From Cycas panzhihuaensis (lineage: Eukaryota; Plantae; Cycadophyta): 64,000 bases of DNA. This document shows positions 47,163 through 59,964 of the stretch, in pieces; position 1 is the first letter of the stretch, and every line of letters begins with the position of its first letter. Under the pieces are notes generated by a model. The model was not told where the DNA came from. It saw only the letters and a list, made by a program, of their open reading frames with translations, and made no database searches. Location of the stretch: assembly GCA_023213395.1 (NCBI GenBank), contig CM041465.1, forward strand, positions 147,443,741-147,507,740, given 5' to 3'. Made by a program: the position numbers and the translations under genes.

Positions 47163-50100
47163 TGGTGACTGTGAAATTCTGCTCACCCATGTGTCATAAA
47201 TAAATTGTAATCTTATGATGTATTTGTAATTGATTTTATGTTTTGATGATGAGATCACTTAAGTGCAAAAGTGATTCCATCAATTAATGGTTAGATAAGT
47301 TAGGACTAATTGATTTTCTATTCATAATAGATTATTCCAATTAGAGTATATTCCACTTTCAGTAGTAACAACTCCCACAAAATTAAGAAGCTTGGAGTTC
47401 TCTTTGCATGCATGTAGAAACACTCCAAGGGGGGAGCATTAATGAACTATCCATGATTGTACACAAGAAAATTCTTGGTGTTCTTGGAATGAAAGCGAGA
47501 TTTTTCCAAATGTCTGGATGTCCATTTACTTTATAATTTTTTTAGTTTTTATGCTGCCTATTCCTAGAGGTCATATGGACTATGTACTCCATAGATTGCA
47601 ATGAAATTTTAAAGAAAGAAACACTTTTGAGTTTTCAATCCTCCCTTGAAATTTCATCTCAATCTAACATTTAGAAAGAATATTATAGACATTTTAGTGA
47701 AGGTTGCTTTTTTTGTTTGCAACATTTGTATGAGCCATACACACACTAGATTGGCCTGAAATTTTGTAGGGGAGAGCACTTGGAGTGTCCTAGCCTCCTT
47801 TAAAATTTCATCTCAATTCAAATTTGAGGGAAAAAGTTACAATCATTTTCATTTTCCTTCTCCAAGAAGATCACAAGTTTGTTCCCAAGCATTGTAAGCC
47901 TCTTGCTTTCCCACACAAAGGAATCAAAACACTTTGAGCCTTGGCAATGACATATCGGTTGGCATCACGACCTGAGATCAGGCTTGAAATTCTAAAACTC
48001 TTCAGATTTCTTTTCTCCAAGTTTGTTTGTGACATTTTTTGCAAGAAATCATGTTTGAGATAAATGAACTTGAAGCCAACCAAGAAATGTACTTAGATCC
48101 ATCCCAATTATTCTTTGATGCACTTTGAGAACAAGGCAAGCAACAAGAACATGTACTATGAGAGTAGGGTCAAACCCAAACACAGCCCATGAAGTACATG
48201 ATGCAGATGTTCTAGCAGATAATGGCCCACCAAGTTGGACCTCAAGAAATTCCTATGGGAGCTCCTCAAAATCAGCCCTGGTTCAAGCTAGATACTTAGA
48301 TAACCATTGCCCATTTTGATGGTGCTATCAATGCAAATGTACTTGATGGTTGGATCCATAGCTTGGAGGTATGTTTCAAGCGTCAATAGCTCAATGATGG
48401 TCAAAAGATCACAACGATAGAAATGCACATGTAAGAACAAGCCTTAATATGGTGGTAGACCCATGTGCAAATACATGCACCCATCCTCATATGGGATATC
48501 TTCAAGCAAACTTGCCAAGCCAGATTCTACCCATTGAGATATGTTGATGAGAGGATGAAGAGATGGTTGCATCTTTGGCAACAAGTTGGACAAAGCATGC
48601 AACAGTACATAGATATCTTCCAGAAGATGCTTATCATGGCAACATTGACAGACTTTGAGCACACATTACAACTTAAGTTTGTGGGAGGATTATTTCCTCA
48701 TTTGTAGTAGGAGCTTGAACTCCTCACCATCACTTTCTTGGACCAAGCCTTTAGTACTCATTGAAGGTTGAGAGTTAAGTTCAAAAGAAGCCTTTCAAAG
48801 ATTGTTGTAGCAACAACAAACCTAGTAGAGACAACCTTTCTAGCAAAGAAGGGGAACTTTTGGAGGAAAATTCCATTAACCTCCACAACACTAGATGATA
48901 ACTATTACTCCAATACATGGAAGGAATGCACCGACAACCAAGGGAAAGGTGCCCAAATGTACTGCAACTACCACAAGTCTTTTGGCTATTCCAATGAGGA
49001 ATGCTTGAAGCAAAAGAGGCAATTTAGACCCAAAACTCTAGTAGCAGAAGAAGTAGCAACAAATGCTAGCACATCCAACGATCTAGTTGATGACTCCACA
49101 CTATTGATCACAAATCATGTTTTGGCCAATCCTTGCTTGGTCTTCATGGCCAAGAACTATTTAGCTTCAGAAAGGAAGGCTTTGTTTACTCAAAATTGTT
49201 AGGTAAAAGACAAGATTGTTTTATGCATTATGGGCATTGGTAGCATGAAGAACTTAGTTTCAAATCAACTTGTCAAAGATCTTGGATTCCTTCCAAGCTG
49301 CAATTATGCTCTTATAACCGAGGTTGGGTCAAAAAGAGAGTATTATTAACTCAAGCAAATTGGACATATAATGTCACTTTTGCAATAGATCTGTTCATGG
49401 ACACCACCATATGTGATGTGACCTCGTGGGTTGTTGCAAGCTTCACTTAGGCCATCCCTATCAGTATGATAAGCAAGTAATGTAGTACAAGAACACTCAC
49501 AAGTTGTACAAGGTGCGTTAGACATACCAGTGCACTCAATAGGCTTGCGAGTGCCACGAAGGAAGACACCATCCTTTTCATCAAACCAGCATAAGAGACC
49601 TTAACACTTCCATTAGGAGACATTCGTCTAGAGATGCAATAGTTACCGAACAACTATCCTGATATCTTTGAAACACCTAAGAGACTTTCACCTACTTGAG
49701 TAGTTAAACACTCCATAGACTTGTTATTGGGAGCTACTTTGCTCAATGGACCATTGTACAAAACATTAGTTCTTGAAGGGAAAGAACGGAAATGGCAGCT
49801 AACAAAATCATAGAAGAAGGTTGCATTTAACTAAGTTCCTCTCCATGTGGTTTACCAGTGCTTTGGGTACCTGAGAAGGATGGCACATGGCGTCTTTGCA
49901 TAGACTATCGAGCACTCAACCATATCATAGTGAACAACAGGTATCCACTCCCCCACATAGATCATTTGATGGACGAGTTGTAAGGAGCCAGATCCTTCAC
50001 CAAGATTGACTTGGCATCAAGTTATCACCAAGTGAGAATTGAGACTATTGACATATGGAAGATAGCTTTCAAAACCTAATCTGCATTATTCGAGTGGTGG

Positions 50101-53100
50101 CTCATGCGTTTCGGCTTCATCAACACTCTAGCTACTTTCACGAGGCTAATGAATGACATACATCGACCTTTCTTGGGAAGTTTGCTATTGTTTTCTTAGA
50201 TGACATCCTCATCTACAACTAGACTTGGGCTGAACAAATTCATAATGTGCAATAGGTTTTGGACACTCTTTGAAGCTATCAACTCAAGGCCAAGAAGAAC
50301 AAGTGTTGCTTTGGATAGGAATCAATTGCATACTTGGGTTTTATTGTTGGCTCACAAGGAATCTGCATTGATCTCGAGTAGGCAAGAATGATTTGTAATT
50401 GGCCAACACCTTAGTTAGTCATAGAGTTACTTTTGCAAGAAATTCATCTACAGGCATGCAGATATAGCCAGTGCCTTGCATTTAGCTACAAAGAGATGTT
50501 TGGGACTCATTTTAGTTGGGAAGCCATTCAAGAAATTGCCTTCAACAAATTGAAGGATGCATTGTGTTCAACACTAGTTCTTGCTTTGCTAACTCTTCAA
50601 CAACCCTTTAAGGTTAAAACTAATGCTTCTCAAGTGGCCACGGGATTAATGCTTAAGCAACAAGGACATCCCATTGCTTACCATTTAGAGACTTTCTTAT
50701 AGGTGAAGAAAAATTACAACACCTATGACAAGGAATTTTATGCTTTTATTCAAGCAATCAAATATTGGAGACATTACCTCCTTGGCAAGGAAACCATTGT
50801 CCACATGGACCATCGACCATTGCAGTCACTCCAGTCATAATGTAGGGTTCATGAGCATTGCCACATATGATGGGCTTCTTACTTGTAGTAGTTCCATCTT
50901 GTCATAAAGTATAAGAAGGGGTCTCCTAAAAAGGTAGCGGACTTTCTTAGCTGGCCACTAACTCATACTCTACTTAGCATGCTTGATACCAGATGTGTAG
51001 GTTATTTAGAGTGGTGAGATCATTATGGTTTCGACCTAGATTTTGGTGTTATATATTGAGTTGTATAGCAACCTAGTCAGGTAAATTAATAGCAATACCT
51101 TGATTTTCCTTTGAATGATGGTTTATTGTACCAACTTTCTTAGCTTGGTGTGCCACAGGGTAGTGGCAAAGATCAACTTCTTAAGGAAGGCTATAACTCC
51201 AGTTATGGAGGACATTTCAAAGTCCACAAGACTCTACAACATTAACAGAGGCACTTCTATTGGCTTTCTATGTAAAAGCAAGTTGAACATTTTATTCGCA
51301 ATTGTGCTTTGTGCAACTAGTCTAAATCCTCCATTTAGAAGGTTGGGCTATATCAACCTTTATCAATACCTTTTCACCCTTGGTAATCCATACCCATGGA
51401 TTTTATTAGTGGGTTACTTATGACATGGCGTAACCATGATTGCATTCTAATGGTGGTTTGTAGGTTCTCAAAGATGGCAATCTTCATTCCATGCACCAAG
51501 TCTATTGGTGCTCAACATACTGCCTAGTTATTCTTTGATCATGTATGGTTATATTATGTGTTACCTAACTATATTATTGCTAGTAGGGAAGCATGTTTCC
51601 TTATACATTTCTAGTGCATGTTCTGGAAACTTTTGGGGAGCAGCCTTAATTTCTCTACTATTTTCCATGCTCAAATCATTGGCTAGAGCAAGGTAGTGAA
51701 CAAGACCCTAGTTCACTCTCTTCACATTTTTCATCATGTATCTAGTCAGTGGGATAGATCCTTGACGACTATTTAGCATAATTGTAACTGTGTTGTCCAC
51801 ACCTCAATGAGATATTCACCTTATAGTACTTGTTATGGTTTCCAAGCAGTAGCTCCTTATGAACTATTGGTGGTACTCCCTTCTCCAATAACATGACATG
51901 GGCAAATTGAGCAATGAAAGGCAATATCATATATTGAGCATATCCACTGCATATATGTCTCACTAGACCCCAAGCAAAGTACAAGTTGCAACATGATCAA
52001 CACTAAGTTTCACATAACTTCCAAGTGGGAGATATAGTTTGTCTTCACTTGGATAAGCAATGATTCAAACACCTAGCACATCATAAACTTAGACCCATCC
52101 GATTTGGGCCATACCAGATTATAGAGGCCATCAGGGCCAATGCATTTGACTTGTATTTGCCAACTCATCTTGAGATGCATGATATCTTCAATGTTAGTCA
52201 TCTCAAGTAATATAAGCCACCATTGTTGGGAGATGAAGTGGAAGTGATACATCCAGAGGATATGATTATAGAGATTCAACCTCCACTTCTAGCCAACAAA
52301 CTTTTCGACACTCAAAATTGTACCATGAGAAATTGACAAACTACTTCTTACTTAACAGTCAAAAAGGGCAGCTTGCTTACACATGCTAAATGGATTTTGC
52401 AAGCCACGTTTTATTGAGACTTTCCACATCTGAAGGAGCCAGTAGAATTGGGGACAAATTCTTCTTAAGTAGGGAGGAATTAGTGAGTGTGAAATTCTGC
52501 TCACCCACATGTTGTAAATAAATTGTAATCTTATGATGTAATTGTAATTTATTTTATGTTTTGTTGATGAGATAACTTAAGTGCAAAAGTGATTTCAACA
52601 ATTAGTGGTTAGATAAGTTTTGAGCAATTGAATTTTTATTTATAGTAGATTATTCCAATTCGAATAGATTCTACTTTCAACGGTAACCACTCCCTAAAAA
52701 TTAGGAAGCTTGGAGTTGGAGTTCTCTTTGCATGCATTCACAAACCCTCTAAGGGGGGAGCATGCATGAACTATCCATGATTGTACAAAGGAAATTTCTT
52801 GGAGCTTTTGGAATGAAACTGAGTTTTTTCCAAATGCTTGTATGTCCAATTAATTTATAATTTTTCCAATTTTCATGCTGCCTATTCAAAGATGCTATAT
52901 GGGTTGCACACACCATGGGTTACTCTAAAATTTTATAGGAGGGATTATCTTTGAGTATTTTATCCTCCCTTGAAATTCCACTTGAATCTGGCATTTATAG
53001 AGAAAATTATAGGCATTTTAGTGTACATTGTTTTTTGTTGTTTGTGGCTTTTGTATGGGCCATACACACCAGATTGACCTGAAATTTTGCAAGGAAGAGC

Positions 53101-53281
53101 AACTTGGAGTTTCCTAGTCTCCTCTAAAATTTCATCTCAACCAAATTTTAGGTGAAAAGGTCACAATCATTTTCGTTTTTCTTCTCTGGGAAGATCACAA
53201 GTCCATTCCAAAGCCTTGTAAGCATTTTGCTTTCCCACACATAAGAACCACAACACTTTAAGCCTTGGCAATGACATATCA
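47163..53281 (+). mobile_element. Full-length, heavily decayed CRM-like Ty3/Gypsy element E
   Basis: LTRs 47163-47957 and 52481-53281; TSD AATTG/TATTG; PBS-like TGGCATCA 47960; PPT AGGGAGGAAT; gag [39 protein letters not shown] tail PIRFGPYQII...IFNVSHL; same lineage as element F. Confidence 0.9.
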
Positions 53282-53571
53282 TATTGTTTGTAAGTTCTAA
53301 CATATGTTTAAATTGATCTAAAGGGATTTTCTCTTCAAACCAATATGAAGGGAACTTCCCTTTAGCATGACTTGAAGGGAAACCTATTTATTCTCACACA
53401 TAACAAAAAACACCACCAAGTGGAAAAGTTGGTTTTGGTCATTCTAAGTCCTACTAAAGATTTGTAACCATATGTAGTAATGCATGTATAAATGGGCTAT
53501 TGCAAAATGTAATAAAATAGAAGGGATTCTCTTCTCAAGGGATTTTGGCTTGTGATCATCCCACAATCAAT

Positions 53572-53637
53572 GTTTAAGCCTATTAGATCAAGGTAAGAGT
53601 GTCAGTTTGAGCCTATTAGATCAAGATAATAGTGTCA
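53572..53637. repeat. 33-bp tandem duplication
   Basis: GTTTrAGCCTATTAGATCAAGrTAAkAGTGTCA twice. Confidence 0.9.
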
Positions 53638-54399
53638 TGCATCTGCAAGTGTATAGTGTGGGGGATGGGTGACCACTTTGTAGCTAGGATACGTGTTCTT
53701 TTGGATCTTGTTTGAGCACTTTGTCTTGCTTTTACAAGTCTCATGACATGGTTGAGAGCTTGAAATGCCCAAGGACAATTTGATCATAGGATTGGTAGTT
53801 TCTATTCATACTATTAGACTCTAGTGAATGTAAAATTTATTGTCTATCACCATTAATAAGTGTACATCCCTAGTTTGACCTTACAACTCTAAGAACTTTT
53901 GGCACGTCAAAAGCTTATCATTTTGGCATTGTTGGTTGGGAATGGTGTCCGTTTACTAATTAACACAATAACCATAGATAATAAGAGCCAGATAATGGGG
54001 AATAGGCCTTATGATTCTCTAAGAGGTGGCATTTAGTGTTGAAATCAAAGAGACACCCTAGAGAAGATAGAATCAAATCGCCTGACTAATATCATGATCA
54101 TGCTCACCATGTACAAGACTATAAATTGAAAAAGAAAAGAATAAAAATTGATGCAGTGATCATTTGTTGGTGTAAGATGATTAAAAGACTTCATGGAACT
54201 GCAATTGACAAGAGAAAAGAAGAGGTTGCAAATGGATGCAAGGGTTTACAGGATTTGATGACATTTGATAGATTATCAAAGGTGGAATTTGTCAATTATT
54301 AATGTCAAATATCAACCTTGCAATAAATGAGTGTGGATTAGAAAAATCCATTGGTGATTCTTGCTTGTGTGGGTGAAGTTGCATTTCTTTTGAAGTTAT

Positions 54400-55180
54400 A
54401 TATGACACAAAACGGAGTCTCTAATGAACATCCAAGAAGTTGCATTTTGGGCTTTGCTTTTGAAGCTTCTTTGTGAATGGCATTAGGATGATAAAATTTT
54501 GATGATTATGGAAAAATGATATTCACAACATTTGAGGTCAGTTTGTGATTTCATATTGATTGTCGTGTCTTTTGCATTCTATTTTCTAAAAGACATCTTG
54601 GGGAGTAGCAATTGCTCAACCTAAAAGTGTAGAGGCGATTTTCGTTCCATCTAAGGAATTGTTGTTGGAGATTTTCTAATTCAAATCTAGCCCAGGGCAA
54701 AAAGAGTTTGGCATAATTGTTGATAATTGGCAAGTGCTTTTCAGAGGCACTGTGGAGAAATCATGAAATCTTTAATAATCACTTCCCATTTGATTTGTCA
54801 AGATTGTAATGCTTAGTCATAATGTAATGAATAGGCAACTTGGTCTATCAAAACTTCAATGCTCAAGGAATAGGCAAACTTTGATGGCTACAATGCAATG
54901 ATATTGTGCAAAGTATAAAATCTTAAAGGGCGTTTCAAGATTTTTTAAAGATCTCCATAAATCTTAAAAGCATCTTTGGTTTGTTTGCTTGTTCCTGCAT
55001 GGGGTTTGGCTACAACTCACTTTGAGAAGACCCATTCAATTTAGTTGCAACATGCTAAATAGGCTACAATGTGATGTCGCTTATGTGGATGCTAAAATGG
55101 AATGTGTTTAAAGATCTTTGGTGACAATAAAGATAATTGTGTGGGGCATTTGAGATCTTTTTTTAAAATGATCTTACTAC
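54400..55180 (+). pseudogene. Possible highly decayed PIF/Harbinger transposase
   Basis: Scattered motif-like pieces in the expected order across frames: DDK..., KMIFTTFE (FRM...TF), EFGI, CDVAY (D.AY), GAFEI (E.AFG.L). No open frame. Confidence 0.3.
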
Positions 55181-56787
55181 TCTTCTACCAAGTATGGGAA
55201 GTACTTGTTAGGTATGGTTTTCATAGGCCATAGGTTCATGGTCCTCTTCACTAGCTTATCAAAATTAACACATTCCCTAATATGTAGGGCATGCACATCC
55301 TTGGAAATTAGAAAGGTCCCAAATTTTTGGATGAACAAAGTGCGTAACACAATTTAAATGGTTTCTATGCCATTGACTCAACCATGAGCATCAAGACAAT
55401 AATTTATTGGGCAAGATTCGTGATGTTCCACTAAGGACAATTGCACATGCCCAACAATAGTTCCTTCGATGGCAAAAGCGAGGGGCATGGCGTCTGAATT
55501 TCGTGACAATCTAGACATTAGGTGGTAGTCCTTAGGGAAGAAAATAATATCTCCTTAGGAATTGGCTATGCAATAAATAAATAAAAACCATAATGTACAA
55601 TGACAAAATGATATATTTAAAAATATTTGTCAGAGAAGAGCTCTCTATAAAAAGGGGCATTTTGAGATATCATACTACTTATGCCCACTTTACAGTAGCT
55701 ACAACGCTTTTTTTTCTTGATTCTTGGATGAGATCAAGACATTTTTCTATTGGACGCCGCAGTAAAAATCGATGTGGAATTGGAAGTTGATTTTGAGGAT
55801 GTAGAATAAATTTTTGCTGAGCACAAGAAATATCTACTAGGCATCATCATCATAGGTTGACTCAAATGGCATTGATGGAGTGCTATAAGTTTTGAAGATG
55901 TAGTTTACAATGCCTTTTTCTACAACCATTTCAAGCCAACTTACTAGAATTGAGGTAGTTCTGATAGAGAAAGTAGTAATTCAATGGATTCAAATAATTG
56001 CAGTTAATGTTCCATGTAAAAATTTTGTGGGTTCAAGTTCTTTTAATTCATTTGTATGCATCAAGTTTTTTATTTTGTTGATATTCAAGAAAAAAATGAA
56101 CTTGGTCTAAAGAGGAGAGTACTCAAAGATGGGTCTAATTAAGCTCTTAAAGAGAGAGTGTTTTTTAGTGTGGTCCTCCAAGCAAAAGAACATAATGTCT
56201 CTAAGTTGATTTCATCTATAGTGGTGGGGGTGAGTAGCAAATCATAACAGGAAAAATCTACAAAATTGTAGGTTGAATATTTGAATCTACATGTGCAGTA
56301 ATGATCCCATAGATAACATTCATACAACCAACAATAATCATGATTTTGAGCTAGATTGAAGGTATGCTTTTGTTTTTCCCAAAAGACAATTCCAACTTCT
56401 GATATAGTCTTGATCTGCTCACTTGATTGAAATTGGGGAAAGCAATCTTTTGATTACATGTTGGAATGATTAAACTTAGCCAAATGCAACCGTTGAAGTT
56501 ATGTTGAGAGTTGGTTTGTTGCAACACTTGGACCTCATTATTTCAAGAGAAGAGGAGCAAAATTTCTTTTATTCATTGTCTCTCCTTGAACTAATGAAAA
56601 TTCCATGATGTGTTGAAACAGGGGTAACAACATAGAAAGCCCAAGATGCCCTCCTTAAGTCTAGTTGTAAACATCTATATAAGAACGTTCGAGTCCAAGC
56701 TTTGGGAAATTTAGTGTTGAAGTGCCTGAAATTCATCTGCATACATTTCAATAGAAGTAGTTGAAAGAAAATGGGCAAGCAAAACAT

Positions 56788-56972
56788 ACTCTAATACCAC
56801 GTGTAAGAAACTAAATGCCCATACATAGGTCTAGGATCTAACAAGACTATGAAATAAAGACATACAGGTGAACAATAAATTAAAGAATATGTACAAACAC
56901 ATAACACAATATACTTGTGGGAAATGATCACTTCCAATTGTATTATGCCAAACCAATACATAAATACATATA
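56788..56972 (-). mobile_element. Degenerate iMet PBS and PBS-proximal part of an older LTR (element G), interrupted by element F
   Basis: ACTCTAATACCA at 56788-56799 followed by TGTAAG at 56802 and A-rich LTR-like sequence up to the F insertion. Confidence 0.5.
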
Positions 56973-57139
56973 TGATCCATTTTCGGATCTTTAAATACTT
57001 TTAAAATACTTTGTTTTCCATGTAAATGGTCTTTATGTAGTAAAAAATTGCCTTAAAAAGGCTTAATGGTCTTCATTTAGTAGAAATATGCCTTTAAAAG
57101 GCTCAAAAAATGTAAAAAATATATTTCTACAAGTGCAAA

Positions 57140-57330
57140 TAGGTGCTACTAAGGTCAGAATCGCTACCAAGGTGCTACTAAGGTGCTACAACTGCTACCA
57201 AGGTGCTATACAAGTGCTACGATTGCGGCCAGTGCTGTCATGAGTACTACAAGCTGCTGCATTGCTACAAGCTGCATCAACTACTACGCAACAAGCTGCT
57301 ACAATCAAGCTACAACACAACTACGCTGCA
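57140..57330. repeat. Short tandem repeat (about 11 bp, AAGGTGCTACy) in U3 of the F LTR; counterpart at 63046-63220
   Basis: Repeated AAGGTGCTACT, AAGGTGCTACA and CAAGCTGCT units. Confidence 0.85.
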
Positions 57331-58345
57331 ACTAAAAGTCAAAAAATAGAAAAATAAGAAAAACGGAAATGATTTTGGCAGCGCAAACGGGATCCGTTTG
57401 ACACGAAATTTGAGGAGAGAGTATGCACACGTGTCCTCTACACATTTAAAGAGGAAAAACTCTAAATTAAAAGGATTTTTCCAAGATTTCACAAGCCGTT
57501 TTGGAATCCGTTGGAAAACGGAAAAACGGAAATAACTCTTGCAAATGAAAACGCTTTTAAGGAAAATTCTAGAGAAGAACAACGGGGATATCGACAGAGA
57601 TTATTGTCAGGAAAAGGAGGACGCCGCATGACCCTAGGCCTTGACATGGAGCAAGATTCGAGGAAAGCTTCGAGAAAATCATTTTTTCGGAAAGAGAACG
57701 GCTCCAGAAAGTGAAAGTCTGCATTGAGAGAGAAGAAGACTAAACGCCGGAAAAAGCACATTCGAGGATCTTGAAGGAGCCGGAAGATTGTAGTTGCAGC
57801 TGAGTGGAGAAGACAAAAGTTGCAGCAGTCCCAGAAAGAGACGCTAGCCAGTTTTTTTTTTTCTTTACCAAAAAGGGGTTTTTGGTAATAAATGACCAAA
57901 AACATTTTGTAGACTTTGAGACGGAGGTTCCAGTGAACGAGTAGCAGCTCAAGGAGCGCCCAGCACTCAATTTCTCTCTCCTAAAACGCTGTAGCAGTCC
58001 CTTGCATGCTCAATAGAGCACAAACAAAAAGGAGTTTTGTAAGAAAATTCCAAATATTTTCAATTCTATGTAATAATAATGTAAATTGTTTTGGATTTTG
58101 TTTCAATTGGTTAAAGTCTTCACTTTCCCATTCAAGGTTTAGATCAATATTTTGGTATCAGAGCTAGTTTCTTGAAACCCTTGGGATCCTAGGGATTTTA
58201 AAGAAAAAAAAAATAAAGAAAAAGAGAAGGAAAAAACCGTCTTACTTTCATTGTGGAAGTTTTTATGAAAACTAGATATCAATATTTGCTAACGGGTGAA
58301 CCATTAACCGAACCTCTGGAGAAAGAAAGAAGACAGCGAAGGAAG

Positions 58346-59964
58346 ATGGCTGATCCGGAACAGAAAATGGAGGAAAGGTTCGTGAAAATGGAGCAAAACC
58401 TCGACAGGTTAACCCAACTTGTGGCGCAACTAGTTTCAACTTCTTCTTCAATAGCCAAAGGCGTAAAGAAGGAAGAAGATGAACCAATGAAAGAGGAAAC
58501 GAATGAAGAGCTGGTAGAAGACCAACGAGAAGATGAAGAAAATGACAATCCAGCAGTATTCACACATCCATTCAAGGTAGAGGCAAAATTTGAATTGCCC
58601 ATCTATGATGGAACGTTGGATGCTGAAAAATTAGATAGTTGGTTGGACCAACTAGAAACTTATTTCTCCATTTATGGGTATAAAAACCAGCAGAAAATTA
58701 CTTTTGCTAGGTTAAAATTATCTAAACATGCATTAGTTTGGTGGAATGCATACCTTAAATCCCATAATATAAATGAAATTACACAGCGGCAATTTAAAAT
58801 CTTCATAAAGAAGCAATTCTATCCTATTGGATATGAAGAGCAACAGAGGATTAAATGGCAATATTACGGACAGGAAAGAGGCCAAAATGTCCAAGATTAT
58901 ATAACAGAATTTCAAAAGCAAACTGTTGTGTTGGGCATCTCTTTATTGGGTAAAGACATAATGCTGAAATATATTGGAGGACTGCACTAGCATATTCAGC
59001 AAGAACTTCAACTGTTTGAAGTCAAATCGCTCGATGAAGCCAGCAAGAAGGCGATTGCCATAGAAAAGAGGAACAAGAAGGTTTATGCTGAAAGGAAAAG
59101 GTTTGCACCTCCAGAAGGTAGCAACAAACCTGCCCGAGGAATGAAGTTTCCAGGTAAAGTTGGACAACGATCATTAGGGGTTTTGGCAAGATGAAACAAG
59201 CCAATACCACCCAAATCAAAATCACTTGTACTCATTGCAAGCGAGCGGGTCACAGCATAGAAGACTGTTGGTTCCTACACCCAGAGAAAAGACCCAAGAA
59301 TAAGGGGAAAGGTAAAGTTAAAACTGAAGGTAAAACTTTACTTAACTCTATAGGTGATGAAAATGTTTGTGGCATTGAAGAAGCCAATGAGAAGTTGATG
59401 CTCATGGCTAATGTGGAGCCTGGAAGTAACCATCAGCAAGTTGATCCAAAGATTAGAGAGGAGCTCTTCATGGTAAGAATCCAAGTGAAGCAAAGCATGG
59501 TTGATGCCATCTTTGATGGAGGAAGTCAAAAGAATTTAATCTCAGAAGCATTGGTAAAGAAACTGGGATTAAAAATGCATGCACATCCAAAACCATATCC
59601 TCTTGGATGGTTGCAAAAAGATTCAGAATTGCAGGTTACTCACCAATGTAAGTTTAAATTTGCAATATCTGAAAAGTTCATTGATGAAGTTGAATGTGAA
59701 GTAGTCCCTTTGGATGTTTGTCAAGTTGTGTTTGGAAGCCCATATCTCTATGATAGAGATGGAGTTCATCATAGGAGGCTGAGAAAGATTCGACTCATCA
59801 AGGATGGGAGATCATATCTGATCAATGCATCAAAGCCACAGAAGAAGATTTCTCTTATATCTTCCCAACAAGCAAAAAGATTAATTAATGCTTGTAGGAA
59901 GTTTGTGCTGCTAATGATAAAGCCAAAGGTGGAAGAAAACGAGCAAGCAGAGTCCTCAATATAG
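58346..59964 (+). pseudogene. Gag and protease of element F
   Basis: LPIYDGTLDAEKLDSWLDQLETYF, QERGQNVQDY, CTHCKRAGHSIEDC, AIFDGGSQKNLIS, VFGSPYL; internal stop at 58988 and a frameshift. Confidence 0.92.

Noticed and set aside
57310-57970. ORFs in the F LTRs repeated at 63216-63893
   Set aside because: Phe/Lys-rich low-complexity frames not kept intact between the two LTRs.
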